Of a stretch of DNA of 12,263 nucleotides, positions 1 to 7,463 are shown in pieces. The stretch lies in the NCBI GenBank assembly GCA_046542505.1, contig JBKHBH010000064.1, positions 1 to 12,263 on the forward strand. The letters are read 5' to 3'. Position 1 is the first letter of the stretch. Each line of letters begins with the position of its first letter. This DNA is from Thermovirgaceae bacterium (lineage in GTDB: Bacteria > Synergistota > Synergistia > Synergistales > Thermovirgaceae). A program made the position numbers and the translations under genes. The notes below the pieces were generated by a model, which had not been told where the DNA came from, ran no database searches, and worked only from the letters and a program-made list of their open reading frames with translations.

Positions 1-1007
1 GACAGGATCTCCCGTGAGGTCTCCTCCAGGGCGAAGTTTTCCACCGCCTGGCGGACCACGCTCAAAACAGCATAAAGAGTCACCGGCGAACAAAGCACGA
101 CCCGCTTCGCCAGGGATTCATCAAGGATCGAGGGGTCCTGTTCGTGTATGAAGGCGTAAACCTGCTCGTTGGGGATGAAAAGCAGGGCATAGTCGACGGT
201 GTCCTTCTCGGGATCGATGTACGCCCGGGAGGCGACTTCACGGACCCTGGCCCGGACATCCCTGAGGAAAGCCTTGCAGGCGCGGTCTTTGGCCTCCTGG
301 TCTTGGGCCTCGAGATACCTGAGATAGTTGTCATAGGGGAACTTCACATCCATATTGAGCAGAAGCCCCTTGGGCAGCATGAAGGTAAAATCTGGGCGGG
401 AGCCGTCTTCAAGGGTGAGCTGGCGCTGATAGTTGATCCCCTCGGCAAACCCCGCCGCCTGGAGGACGTCTTCAGCCATCCGCTCGCCCCATTGCCCGCG
501 GGCCTTCGTGTTCGCCAGGGCGCGACGGAGGGTGTCCGTCGTCTCGTTCAGCTGCGCAGTGCTTCTGGACACCTCGTTGAGCTTCCCCGCCAGCTCGCCG
601 AATTTCTCGACACGATCCTTCTCCAGTTCGGTCACGAGTCCCGAAAGGGATTCCATCCTGGAGGCCATGGCCTCGAGCTGCCGGTCGATGAGCCCCTTTT
701 TCTCCTCCAGTTCCCTCGACCCGAGCTCCCGTTCCGCCTCCATTCTCGAGCGAGCGAGCTTGAGAAATTCCTCCGTCGAACGGGAGAGGGCCTCCATGGA
801 TAGGCTGCCGAAGGCGTCCTTGAGGTGGTCTGTGATCATTTCAATCTGTTTTTCCTTTTCTTCCTCACTTTCGTCAAAAAGCTCCGCCGCCAGGTCCCGT
901 GCAGTTTTGGCCTGAATGATTCCAAGCATCCACGAAACCGCAAGGCCAAGCAGAAATCCGGCGACAAGAGCCGCCGCGAGGGGAAAAAGCTCCAGCGGAA
1001 TCTCCAT
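1..1007 (-). CDS. rmuC: DNA recombination protein RmuC family (3' end runs off the window)
   Basis: Translated by hand; not in the ORF track. ATG at 1007 with GGAGGT at 1019-1024 (minus strand). MEIPLELFPLAAALVAGFLLGLAVSWMLG is an N-terminal membrane anchor, followed by a coiled coil and the RmuC motifs ARGQWGERMAEDVL, RPDFTF..NMDVKFPYDNY and DYALLFIPNEQVYAFI..VLCSPVTLYAVL. No stop before position 1. Confidence 0.92.
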   Translation of the reverse strand, partial: MEIPLELFPLAAALVAGFLLGLAVSWMLGIIQAKTARDLAAELFDESEEEKEKQIEMITDHLKDAFGSLSMEALSRSTEEFLKLARSRMEAERELGSRELEEKKGLIDRQLEAMASRMESLSGLVTELEKDRVEKFGELAGKLNEVSRSTAQLNETTDTLRRALANTKARGQWGERMAEDVLQAAGFAEGINYQRQLTLEDGSRPDFTFMLPKGLLLNMDVKFPYDNYLRYLEAQDQEAKDRACKAFLRDVRARVREVASRAYIDPEKDTVDYALLFIPNEQVYAFIHEQDPSILDESLAKRVVLCSPVTLYAVLSVVRQAVENFALEETSREIL

Positions 1008-1050
1008 CGGTGACGCCCACCTCCCTGGTCGTTCCCGTACCAGGATCAAG

Positions 1051-1078
1051 ACTATATCCATGCCGGTTCCTTGTCCAA
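1051..1078 (-). promoter_or_regulatory. Putative sigma70 promoter for rmuC
   Basis: Minus strand reads TTGGAC (1078-1073)-N16-TATAGT (1056-1051), upstream of the rmuC RBS. Confidence 0.4.
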
Positions 1079-1096
1079 CTGGGACCGTCCGTCACC

Positions 1097-1105
1097 TGCT
1101 ACAAT
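1097..1105 (+). promoter_or_regulatory. Putative extended -10 promoter for the flavoprotein/DUF1989 pair
   Basis: TGcTACAAT about 40 nt upstream of the start codon; no correctly spaced -35 seen. Confidence 0.45.
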
Positions 1106-1145
1106 GCTTGCATGACCCTGATCTTTTCCCTGGGAGGGGTGTGTG

Positions 1146-1733
1146 ATGAAGGTCATCGGCTTCAACGGAAGTCCCCGGGCGGGAGGCAACACGGACCATC
1201 TGCTCCGGCGGCTCTTTGAAGGACTCGAAAAAGAAGGCATCGAGACGGAAAACCTGCAGATCGGCGGGTGCCTGATCCGGGGGTGCACCGCCTGCAATCG
1301 CTGCTTTCATAACCACGACGGCCGCTGCATCATCGATGAGGACCCCCTTAACGAATGGATTGAAAAGATGCGCGCCGCCGACGGGATCGTCATCGCGTCC
1401 CCCACCTATTTCGCAGACATCACGCCCGAGACGAAGGCCTTCATCGACCGCGCCGGATATGTGGCGCGGGCGAACGGGGCCCTTTTCGCCCGAAAAGTCG
1501 GGGCCGCGGTGGTGGCGGTACGGCGCTGCGGAGCGATTCACGCCTTTGACAGCATCAATCATTTCTTTCTGATCAGCCAGATGATCATTCCGGGGTCGAG
1601 TTACTGGAACATGGGTATCGGACGAATGGAAAAAGACGTGGTCCACGACGGCGAGGGTCTGGCGACCATGGATACCCTCGCGGCCAATATGGCCTGGCTC
1701 CTCAGGCGTACGGCCGGGGGGGATGCCCGATGA
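1146..1733 (+). CDS. Flavodoxin-like NADPH-dependent FMN reductase family protein, iron-sulfur flavoprotein (Isf) type
   Basis: MKVIGFNGSPRAGGNT FMN phosphate loop; compact Cys motif CTACNRCFHNHDGRC (Cx2Cx2Cx7C, nt 1284-1328); ASPTYF and KAFIDR. SD GGAGG at 1133-1137 favours ATG 1146 (GTG 1143 is an alternative). Confidence 0.9.
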   Translation: MKVIGFNGSPRAGGNTDHLLRRLFEGLEKEGIETENLQIGGCLIRGCTACNRCFHNHDGRCIIDEDPLNEWIEKMRAADGIVIASPTYFADITPETKAFIDRAGYVARANGALFARKVGAAVVAVRRCGAIHAFDSINHFFLISQMIIPGSSYWNMGIGRMEKDVVHDGEGLATMDTLAANMAWLLRRTAGGDAR

Positions 1734-2344
1734 AAAGCCGCGCGGAAAAGATCCTTGTGCCGGCCGGCTTCGCGCGGGCCTTCGAAATCCCCGCCGGCGG
1801 AGAATTCGACATCATCGACGTAGCCGGCGGCCAGATCGCCGATTTCGTCGCCTTCAGCTTCAAAGACCCGCTCGAAAGCTTTTCAGCCCCGTGCACGAGG
1901 CTCGGGAACCACTCCATCCGGATCGGCAAGGGAAGCGCCCTGTACTCAAACCGCAGGCGTCCCATGCTCGAAGTGACGGAAGATTCAGTCGGGACCCATG
2001 ACCTTCTGATCCCAGCCTGCGACGAATACCGCTACAGCGTCGACTACGGCGTCACGGAACACAGAAACTGCGTGGACAACTTTACCGAGGCTCTCGCGCC
2101 CTGGGGGATCAGAAAAAGGGACATCCCCGACCCGCTGAACATCTTCGAAAATTCGGGCATCGGCGACGATGGCGAGCTGCTTCATTTTCCCGTGGTTTCA
2201 AAAGCCGGGGATTACATCCGTTTCCGGGCTCTCATGGCCCTTGTCTGCGCCGTCTCGGCCTGTCCCATGGACCTGAACGTCACCGGAGGAGATGCGATCA
2301 CGGACATCCTGGTGCGGTTTTTGCCCTCCTCCCGAGAGGACTGA
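1730..2344 (+). CDS. DUF1989 / urea-carboxylase-associated family protein (YcgI-like)
   Basis: Family motifs GGQIADFVAF, LYSNRRRPM, HDLLIPAC, HRNCVDNF, PDPLNIF, SKAGDYI and SACP; ATGA overlap with the upstream stop. Confidence 0.88.
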   Translation: MKSRAEKILVPAGFARAFEIPAGGEFDIIDVAGGQIADFVAFSFKDPLESFSAPCTRLGNHSIRIGKGSALYSNRRRPMLEVTEDSVGTHDLLIPACDEYRYSVDYGVTEHRNCVDNFTEALAPWGIRKRDIPDPLNIFENSGIGDDGELLHFPVVSKAGDYIRFRALMALVCAVSACPMDLNVTGGDAITDILVRFLPSSRED

Positions 2345-2436
2345 TCAAAGCTGCGCCTCTTGCACCTGTCTTGTGGTACCATGTTAAAAATATTGCGCGG
2401 CAATAACGTGTATTACCTAAGGCAAGGGTGACCCCT

Positions 2437-2931
2437 ATGAGAAAGGGTCCGCGAAGTGATTTTGTCTCTGCCTGGAAAAACAACGGTTTCACCCTCGTCG
2501 AGATTCTGATCGCCCTCGTGATCATCGGCATCCTGGCGGGGTCGATGCTTCTCGTCTTCGGGCCTGCCAAAGAACGGGCACTGGCCACGAAGATCGTTTC
2601 GGACATGAGGTCCCTGAAAGTAGCAGCCGTCATGTACTACCATGAGCACAATCACTTCCCGCCTGGCGGCGAACTGTCGGAATCCTTCGTACAGGCCTAT
2701 TTCGGGCGCCAGGTCCCGGCATCCGGGGAAGAAAGGGCCTGGTATGAATTCGAATCGGAAAGCAGCAAAGACTGCCTCGTTGCGGTCAATCTCCCTGACA
2801 ATCCCACGCTGAAACGGCATATCGGCAAGCTGGCCGGAGAAAGCAGCTTGTACCAGGACACCGGGGCGACCGACCCCTACGGCGCTTCGGGAACCCCCGA
2901 CAAGGCTTACATGCCCGTGGCCCTTCAGTGA
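2437..2931 (+). CDS. Type IV pilin / type II secretion pseudopilin-like protein with prepilin cleavage/methylation motif
   Basis: Basic leader, then G|FTLVEILIALVIIGILAG (class III signal peptide with Glu at +5). SD-like AAGGGTGA at 2424-2431 favours ATG 2437 over GTG 2428. Confidence 0.88.
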   Translation: MRKGPRSDFVSAWKNNGFTLVEILIALVIIGILAGSMLLVFGPAKERALATKIVSDMRSLKVAAVMYYHEHNHFPPGGELSESFVQAYFGRQVPASGEERAWYEFESESSKDCLVAVNLPDNPTLKRHIGKLAGESSLYQDTGATDPYGASGTPDKAYMPVALQ

Positions 2932-2976
2932 ACCTCAAGAGGGCCGCCTTGCTTCGGGACCACCCGCCTTTTCGCG

Positions 2977-2985
2977 TGATACAAT
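2977..2985 (+). promoter_or_regulatory. Putative extended -10 promoter for the PAS-sda operon
   Basis: TGaTACAAT in an AT-rich patch about 75 nt upstream of ATG 3059, with CGTGA/TCACG inverted half-sites on either side of the -10 hexamer. Confidence 0.5.
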
Positions 2986-3058
2986 TATTTTCACGGAAGT
3001 CAGCCTTCCCCATTCCCGGCCGCATGCCTGCGGCCGAAACAGGGAGGACGAGGGATTC

Positions 3059-6000
3059 ATGACCAGCAAAACCCCACAGGGAACACCGCCCCGGGAACAT
3101 GGCGCAAAAAGCCTGTTTCTGGACCTTCTCGTTGAAAACTCCCCCGAAGGCATGATCATTTGCGACAGGAAAAACAGGATTCTTCTGGCAAATCCCGGAT
3201 TCTGCAGGATCTTCGGTTACAGCCGCGACGAAGTCCTCGGGCGTGTCGTCGACGACGTGGTCAGCCGCTCCTCCAAAATCCGCGAAGAAGCGAAAGCCCT
3301 TTCGGCACAGGCGCTGGAGAATGCCCTGGTGCTGCCCGAAGTAACCCGCGAAAGAAAGGACGGTTCGACGGTCCGTCTTTCACTCACGGCGGGCCCCGTA
3401 AATGAAACGGGGGAAATCACAGGCACCTACGGCATCTACAGGGATATTTCCGAAAGAACAAACGCCGACGACCGGACCCGACGCAAGAAGATCTTCTTTG
3501 AAAGCCTCTTTAACAACTCTCCCGGGGCCATCATCATCTGCGACAGGAACGAAAGGATCGTCCGGGTCAACAGGGAATTCTGCAGGCTCTTCGGATACAC
3601 GGAAGAGGAAGTCCGGGGAAAGGACGGAAACGAGATCGTCGCCAACAGACCCGACCTCTACAGGGAAGCCCAAAAGCTCGACGAGAAAATGTGGGCCTCG
3701 GGGAAAAGGGTCACCTTTGATACCGTCCGGACCCGAAAGGACGGGAGCACCGTCCCGGTTTCCATAGTCCAGGTTCCTTTCTCCCTCGAGGACGGCTCCA
3801 TGTACGACTACAGCATCTACACGGACATCACGGAGCGTCGGAAGGCGGAAACCGCCTCGAAACGGGAGAAATCCTTTTTTGAAAAGCTCTTCGAAGCCAG
3901 CCCCGAAGCCATCATGGTCTGCGACAGGTCCTCCCGGATAAAACGCGTCAACCCCGCGTTCTGCAACCTTTTCGGTTACAGCGAGGATGAAGTCATCGAT
4001 CATGAAGCCTTGAAAATTGTGGCACAGGACCCGGAAATCATAAAAGAGGCCTGCGAATACGACAGGATTTTCTGGGCCGGGGAAACCATCGACACAGAGG
4101 TGGTGCGCCAGAAAAAGGACGGGACACGCCTTCATCTGGCCCTGACCCAGGTTCCCATAGACATCGAGGAAGAAGGCGTCCTGTGCTATGTAATCTACCG
4201 GGACATGAGCGAGCGGATCAAGGCAGAACAGGAAATCAGGCGCCACCTTCATTTCGAGCGACTCGTCTCGTTTTTGTCTTCTCTTTTTCTCACCTCGGGA
4301 GTCTCGGGGGAGACCCTCCGGACCTCCCTGTCCGAGGCAGGCAGGTCGCTTGGAGCCTCCCACGGGTGGATCGTGTTCTGCGGTCCCGACGGCAGTGATC
4401 CTTCCGTCGCGGCCTCATGGTGTGCTTCCGGGAATGAAACGCCTCTTCCGGAGGAACTCCCGCCGTTGACACACTTCAAGTGGTCCATGTCACAGGTCCT
4501 CGACGAAAACGTGTCTCTCGTCTCCGATGTCGGAGAGGTTCCATTCAATGAGGCACCGGAAACAAGCCTTCTCAAAAACTCAAAGGTCAAGTCCTGCCTC
4601 ATGACGGCCCTTTCCATAGATGACCGCACCATGGGATTCGTTTTTTTTGGAAAGACGGCAAAGGATGCCCCCTGGGACCAGATGGACGTTTCGGCCCTCC
4701 GGATATTTGCCAATATCCTCGACCAGGCCTTCAGGCGCTCAAAGGCCGAGGAAGAGCTTCGACTCAGTGAAGAGCGCGCCCGGAGTATTCTCCGGGAGCA
4801 GAACGACTTCCTTCTCCGCTTCAGCCCTGACATGGTCGTCACCTTTGCGAATGAAGCCTATTGCCGTTTCATCGGAAGAACTCCCGAAGAGATGGCCGGA
4901 GCCAGGCTGGGGCACATCATGATCAACAAGACAGAGGAGGAATTCCGGTGCTATCTGAGCGCCCTCACCCTCCAGAACCCCTTCCTCAAGTCCGAGGAAA
5001 TATACCATATGCCTTCAGGTGAACGGCGCTGGGTCCAGTGGATCGACAGGGGGATCTACGACAGGAATGGAAAACTCCTGGAGATCCAGTCCGAGGGTCG
5101 CGACATAACGGAACTCAAGCTGACCGAGGAAGCCCTGGAAAAGAGTGAGAAGCGGTACCAGGCCATCGTCAACGACCAGGTTGAAATGGTGGGCCGCTTC
5201 CATCCCGACGGGACCCTGATCTTTGCGAACCCGTCCCTGGCAGAAAGCCTTGGCCTTTCGCCCGAGGAAATGGAAGGCAAAAACCTTTTCGAACTGCTGC
5301 CTGACGAGGTGGCCCTTCCTCTTGCAGACGATCTCAAGGCTCTGTCCCCTGACAATCCCTGCATCTTCAGGGAGCATGAATACAGGACCCCCTCGGGGGA
5401 AATCCGCTGGGAGCGGTGGTCTGATCTGGGAATTTTCAACGAGCTGGGAGAACTTGTCGAAATCCAGGGGGTGGGCCGCGATCTGACGGAGCTGAAACGG
5501 TCCCGGGACGCGCAGGAACACCTCAACGCCGTGCTCAAGTCAATACGGGGCATCAACAGGCTCATCAACAAGCAAAAGGACAAGCGGCGCCTCATCCAGG
5601 GGATCTGCGCCCACCTCATCGAAACCAGGGGATACGGCAACGTCTGGGTCGCCCTGCTGGAAAAGCGCGGCAACCTGGCAACCGTGACAGAGGCCGGCAT
5701 CAACGAACAGGGACGCCCCATGGCGGAAACCCTTGAACACGAAGAATTGAACGAATGGGGCCGCAACGTTCTCAAGACGCCCGGCGTCATCGTCAGCAGG
5801 CACACCTCGCCCAGGACGGACTGCCCCCTTCTGGACAATTTCAGCGAGAAGGCCATCATGACGACAAGGCTGGAACACGACGGAACCGTCTACGGACTCA
5901 TTTCCGTCTCCCTGCCCGAAGGCTTCAGCGCCGACGGCGAGGAACGGACCCTCTTTCTCGAGGTCGCCCGGGACATAGCCTTCGCGCTTCACGCCATCGA

Positions 6001-6808
6001 CGTCGACAGCGACCGCGAAAAGGCTGTTCAAGAACTTCGGGAAAAGGCGCGCCAGATCGATATCCTCATGAAAGACCGCCCGGAGGGGCTCTGGGTCTGG
6101 GACAGGGAAACGGACAGGCTCTTTTTCAACGAAAACTACGAGAAAAACCTCGGCTACGAGCCCGGGGAACTCCAGCCAACCCGCGCCCAATGGGAAAGAT
6201 CGGTCCACCCCGATGACATCAAAAGGGTAAAATCCGTCATCGAAAGTTATCTTGAGGACCCCGAAAAGGGCAATGTGATTGAATTCGAATACCGTATCAG
6301 GACAAAACAGGGCGGGTGGAAATGGGTGACCGACCGTGGCCATATCGCAGAGCGGGACGAAAACGGGAAGGCCCTCAGGATCTCGGGTACCCAGACAGCC
6401 AGAGACATGACATCTCTTGACTTTTCGTTCCTGGAAATCTGCCGCAACCTGGTAGATGCCCTTTGCCGGGATCCCTCTTTGGGTGTCATACTCCACTGGG
6501 ACCAGGATGCCCCAGATCCGGGACGAATCTTCGCCGCCAGCAGGGCCGCCTGCGGTGTAACCGGGTTTTCCGCGAAAGAACTCGCCGAAAAAAGGCTTTC
6601 TGATCTTCTTGAGCCCCTGGATGAAGAAGGGTATTCTTCCGGGGAAAGCTCCGCATCCCTGGCGGTCATCACGAAAAAGGACGGTGATCCGGTGCTTTCG
6701 AGGCGTGAGACCTTCCCTTTCCACCTGCTGGGCCGCCGGGCGGCGGCGACATTCCTGATTATGGAAGAACAGCCTGAAGGGACGGTGCTGCACAATAAAA
6801 CTGACTGA
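3059..6808 (+). CDS. Multi-PAS/GAF sensory protein (PAS-PAS-PAS-GAF-PAS-PAS-GAF-PAS-degenerate PAS), no recognisable output domain
   Basis: 1249-aa ORF with repeated PAS/PAC signatures (N..FC..FGYS.EEV.G; R.RKDG; linkers DISER, DITER, DMSER, DITELK, DLTELK), two GAF-like segments (~4290-4750 and ~5540-6010) and a PAS_3-type domain (GLWVWD..HPDD..EYRIRTKQGGWKW). SD-like AGGGAGG/GAGGGA upstream. Domain limits estimated by eye. Confidence 0.9.
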   Translation: MTSKTPQGTPPREHGAKSLFLDLLVENSPEGMIICDRKNRILLANPGFCRIFGYSRDEVLGRVVDDVVSRSSKIREEAKALSAQALENALVLPEVTRERKDGSTVRLSLTAGPVNETGEITGTYGIYRDISERTNADDRTRRKKIFFESLFNNSPGAIIICDRNERIVRVNREFCRLFGYTEEEVRGKDGNEIVANRPDLYREAQKLDEKMWASGKRVTFDTVRTRKDGSTVPVSIVQVPFSLEDGSMYDYSIYTDITERRKAETASKREKSFFEKLFEASPEAIMVCDRSSRIKRVNPAFCNLFGYSEDEVIDHEALKIVAQDPEIIKEACEYDRIFWAGETIDTEVVRQKKDGTRLHLALTQVPIDIEEEGVLCYVIYRDMSERIKAEQEIRRHLHFERLVSFLSSLFLTSGVSGETLRTSLSEAGRSLGASHGWIVFCGPDGSDPSVAASWCASGNETPLPEELPPLTHFKWSMSQVLDENVSLVSDVGEVPFNEAPETSLLKNSKVKSCLMTALSIDDRTMGFVFFGKTAKDAPWDQMDVSALRIFANILDQAFRRSKAEEELRLSEERARSILREQNDFLLRFSPDMVVTFANEAYCRFIGRTPEEMAGARLGHIMINKTEEEFRCYLSALTLQNPFLKSEEIYHMPSGERRWVQWIDRGIYDRNGKLLEIQSEGRDITELKLTEEALEKSEKRYQAIVNDQVEMVGRFHPDGTLIFANPSLAESLGLSPEEMEGKNLFELLPDEVALPLADDLKALSPDNPCIFREHEYRTPSGEIRWERWSDLGIFNELGELVEIQGVGRDLTELKRSRDAQEHLNAVLKSIRGINRLINKQKDKRRLIQGICAHLIETRGYGNVWVALLEKRGNLATVTEAGINEQGRPMAETLEHEELNEWGRNVLKTPGVIVSRHTSPRTDCPLLDNFSEKAIMTTRLEHDGTVYGLISVSLPEGFSADGEERTLFLEVARDIAFALHAIDVDSDREKAVQELREKARQIDILMKDRPEGLWVWDRETDRLFFNENYEKNLGYEPGELQPTRAQWERSVHPDDIKRVKSVIESYLEDPEKGNVIEFEYRIRTKQGGWKWVTDRGHIAERDENGKALRISGTQTARDMTSLDFSFLEICRNLVDALCRDPSLGVILHWDQDAPDPGRIFAASRAACGVTGFSAKELAEKRLSDLLEPLDEEGYSSGESSASLAVITKKDGDPVLSRRETFPFHLLGRRAAATFLIMEEQPEGTVLHNKTD
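3107..4235 (+). repeat. Three tandem paralogous PAS modules within the CDS
   Basis: TGCGACAGG recurs at 3161, 3539 and 3920 (periods 378 and 381 nt), each followed by TTCTGCA..TTCGG.TAC. A second, different duplicated pair (RFSPD/RFHPD at 4817/5195) also has a 378-nt period. Confidence 0.8.
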
Positions 6809-7463
6809 CGTCATCGGGCCCGTCATGATCGGCCCTTCATCGAGTCATACCGCGGGAGCTGTGAAGCTTGCACAACTCGCGGCTTTGGTCTGGAACCGCC
6901 CCGTGAGAAAAGTCGAAATGCATCTGAGGGGCAGTTTCGCGGCGACCTGGTGGGGACACGGAACCGACAGGGCTCTTCTGGCGGGACTCGCCGGACTTCC
7001 CCCGGATGACTCCCGGGTCCCTATGGCCAGGGAAGAGGCAACAAAACGCGGCATCCAGTGGTCCTTTTTTACCGAGGATATCGACGGGGCCCACCCGAAC
7101 TCGGTGAGATTCCGCTTCATCGAGGAGGGAAAGACCATGGACGTGGAGGGCGCTTCCATCGGCGGCGGCGCCATTCAACTTGTTGCCATCGACGGGTTTC
7201 GTTTCGACCTTTCCGGCGAACTCCCGTCAATCATCACCTTCCACAGCGACAGGCCCGGAGTGGTGGCCGCCATCACGGGGGCCCTCGCATCCAGCGGTGT
7301 GAATATCGCCACCCTTGCCCTTCACCGGCAGGGGCGCGGCAAGGACGCAGTCATGGTGGCCGAGCTGGACGAACCAGCCCCTGAAAGGGTCATCGAGGCC
7401 ATCCGCTCCTGTCATCCGGGCATCCACCGTGTCCTGGCCATTGACGGAGGTCCGGGCCAATGA
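6795..7463 (+). CDS. sdaAB: L-serine dehydratase, iron-sulfur-dependent, beta subunit with C-terminal ACT domain (probable ATA start at 6795; first ATG at 6825)
   Basis: (I)KLTDVIGPVMIGPSSSHTAGA, GSFAAT..GHGTDRAL, HPNSV, GASIGGGAI and the ACT motif HSDRPGVVAAIT..GVNIA. The conserved DVIGPV lies upstream of the first ATG. Confidence 0.93.
   Translation: MKLTDVIGPVMIGPSSSHTAGAVKLAQLAALVWNRPVRKVEMHLRGSFAATWWGHGTDRALLAGLAGLPPDDSRVPMAREEATKRGIQWSFFTEDIDGAHPNSVRFRFIEEGKTMDVEGASIGGGAIQLVAIDGFRFDLSGELPSIITFHSDRPGVVAAITGALASSGVNIATLALHRQGRGKDAVMVAELDEPAPERVIEAIRSCHPGIHRVLAIDGGPGQ

Noticed and set aside
144..803. 219-aa plus-strand ORF
   Set aside because: Its codons are in exact antisense register with rmuC; a shadow ORF with no family motifs.
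2420..2460. GGCAA..GAAA..CGCGAAG resembling a c-di-GMP-I riboswitch at the pilin gene
   Set aside because: Poor match to the GGCAAA/GACGCAAA core, no P3 arm, and it overlaps the coding start.
6791..6810. prfB-like +1 frameshift (GAC TGA C) fusing the PAS protein to SdaAB
   Set aside because: The frame offset is +1, but GAC to ACT gives no tRNA re-pairing and there is no SD 3 nt upstream. Independent initiation at ATA explains the sequence more simply.
3380..6826. Long minus-strand ORFs (327, 197, 267, 428 aa and others), and similar ones opposite other genes
   Set aside because: Antisense shadows of well-supported genes in GC-rich DNA, with no recognisable motifs.
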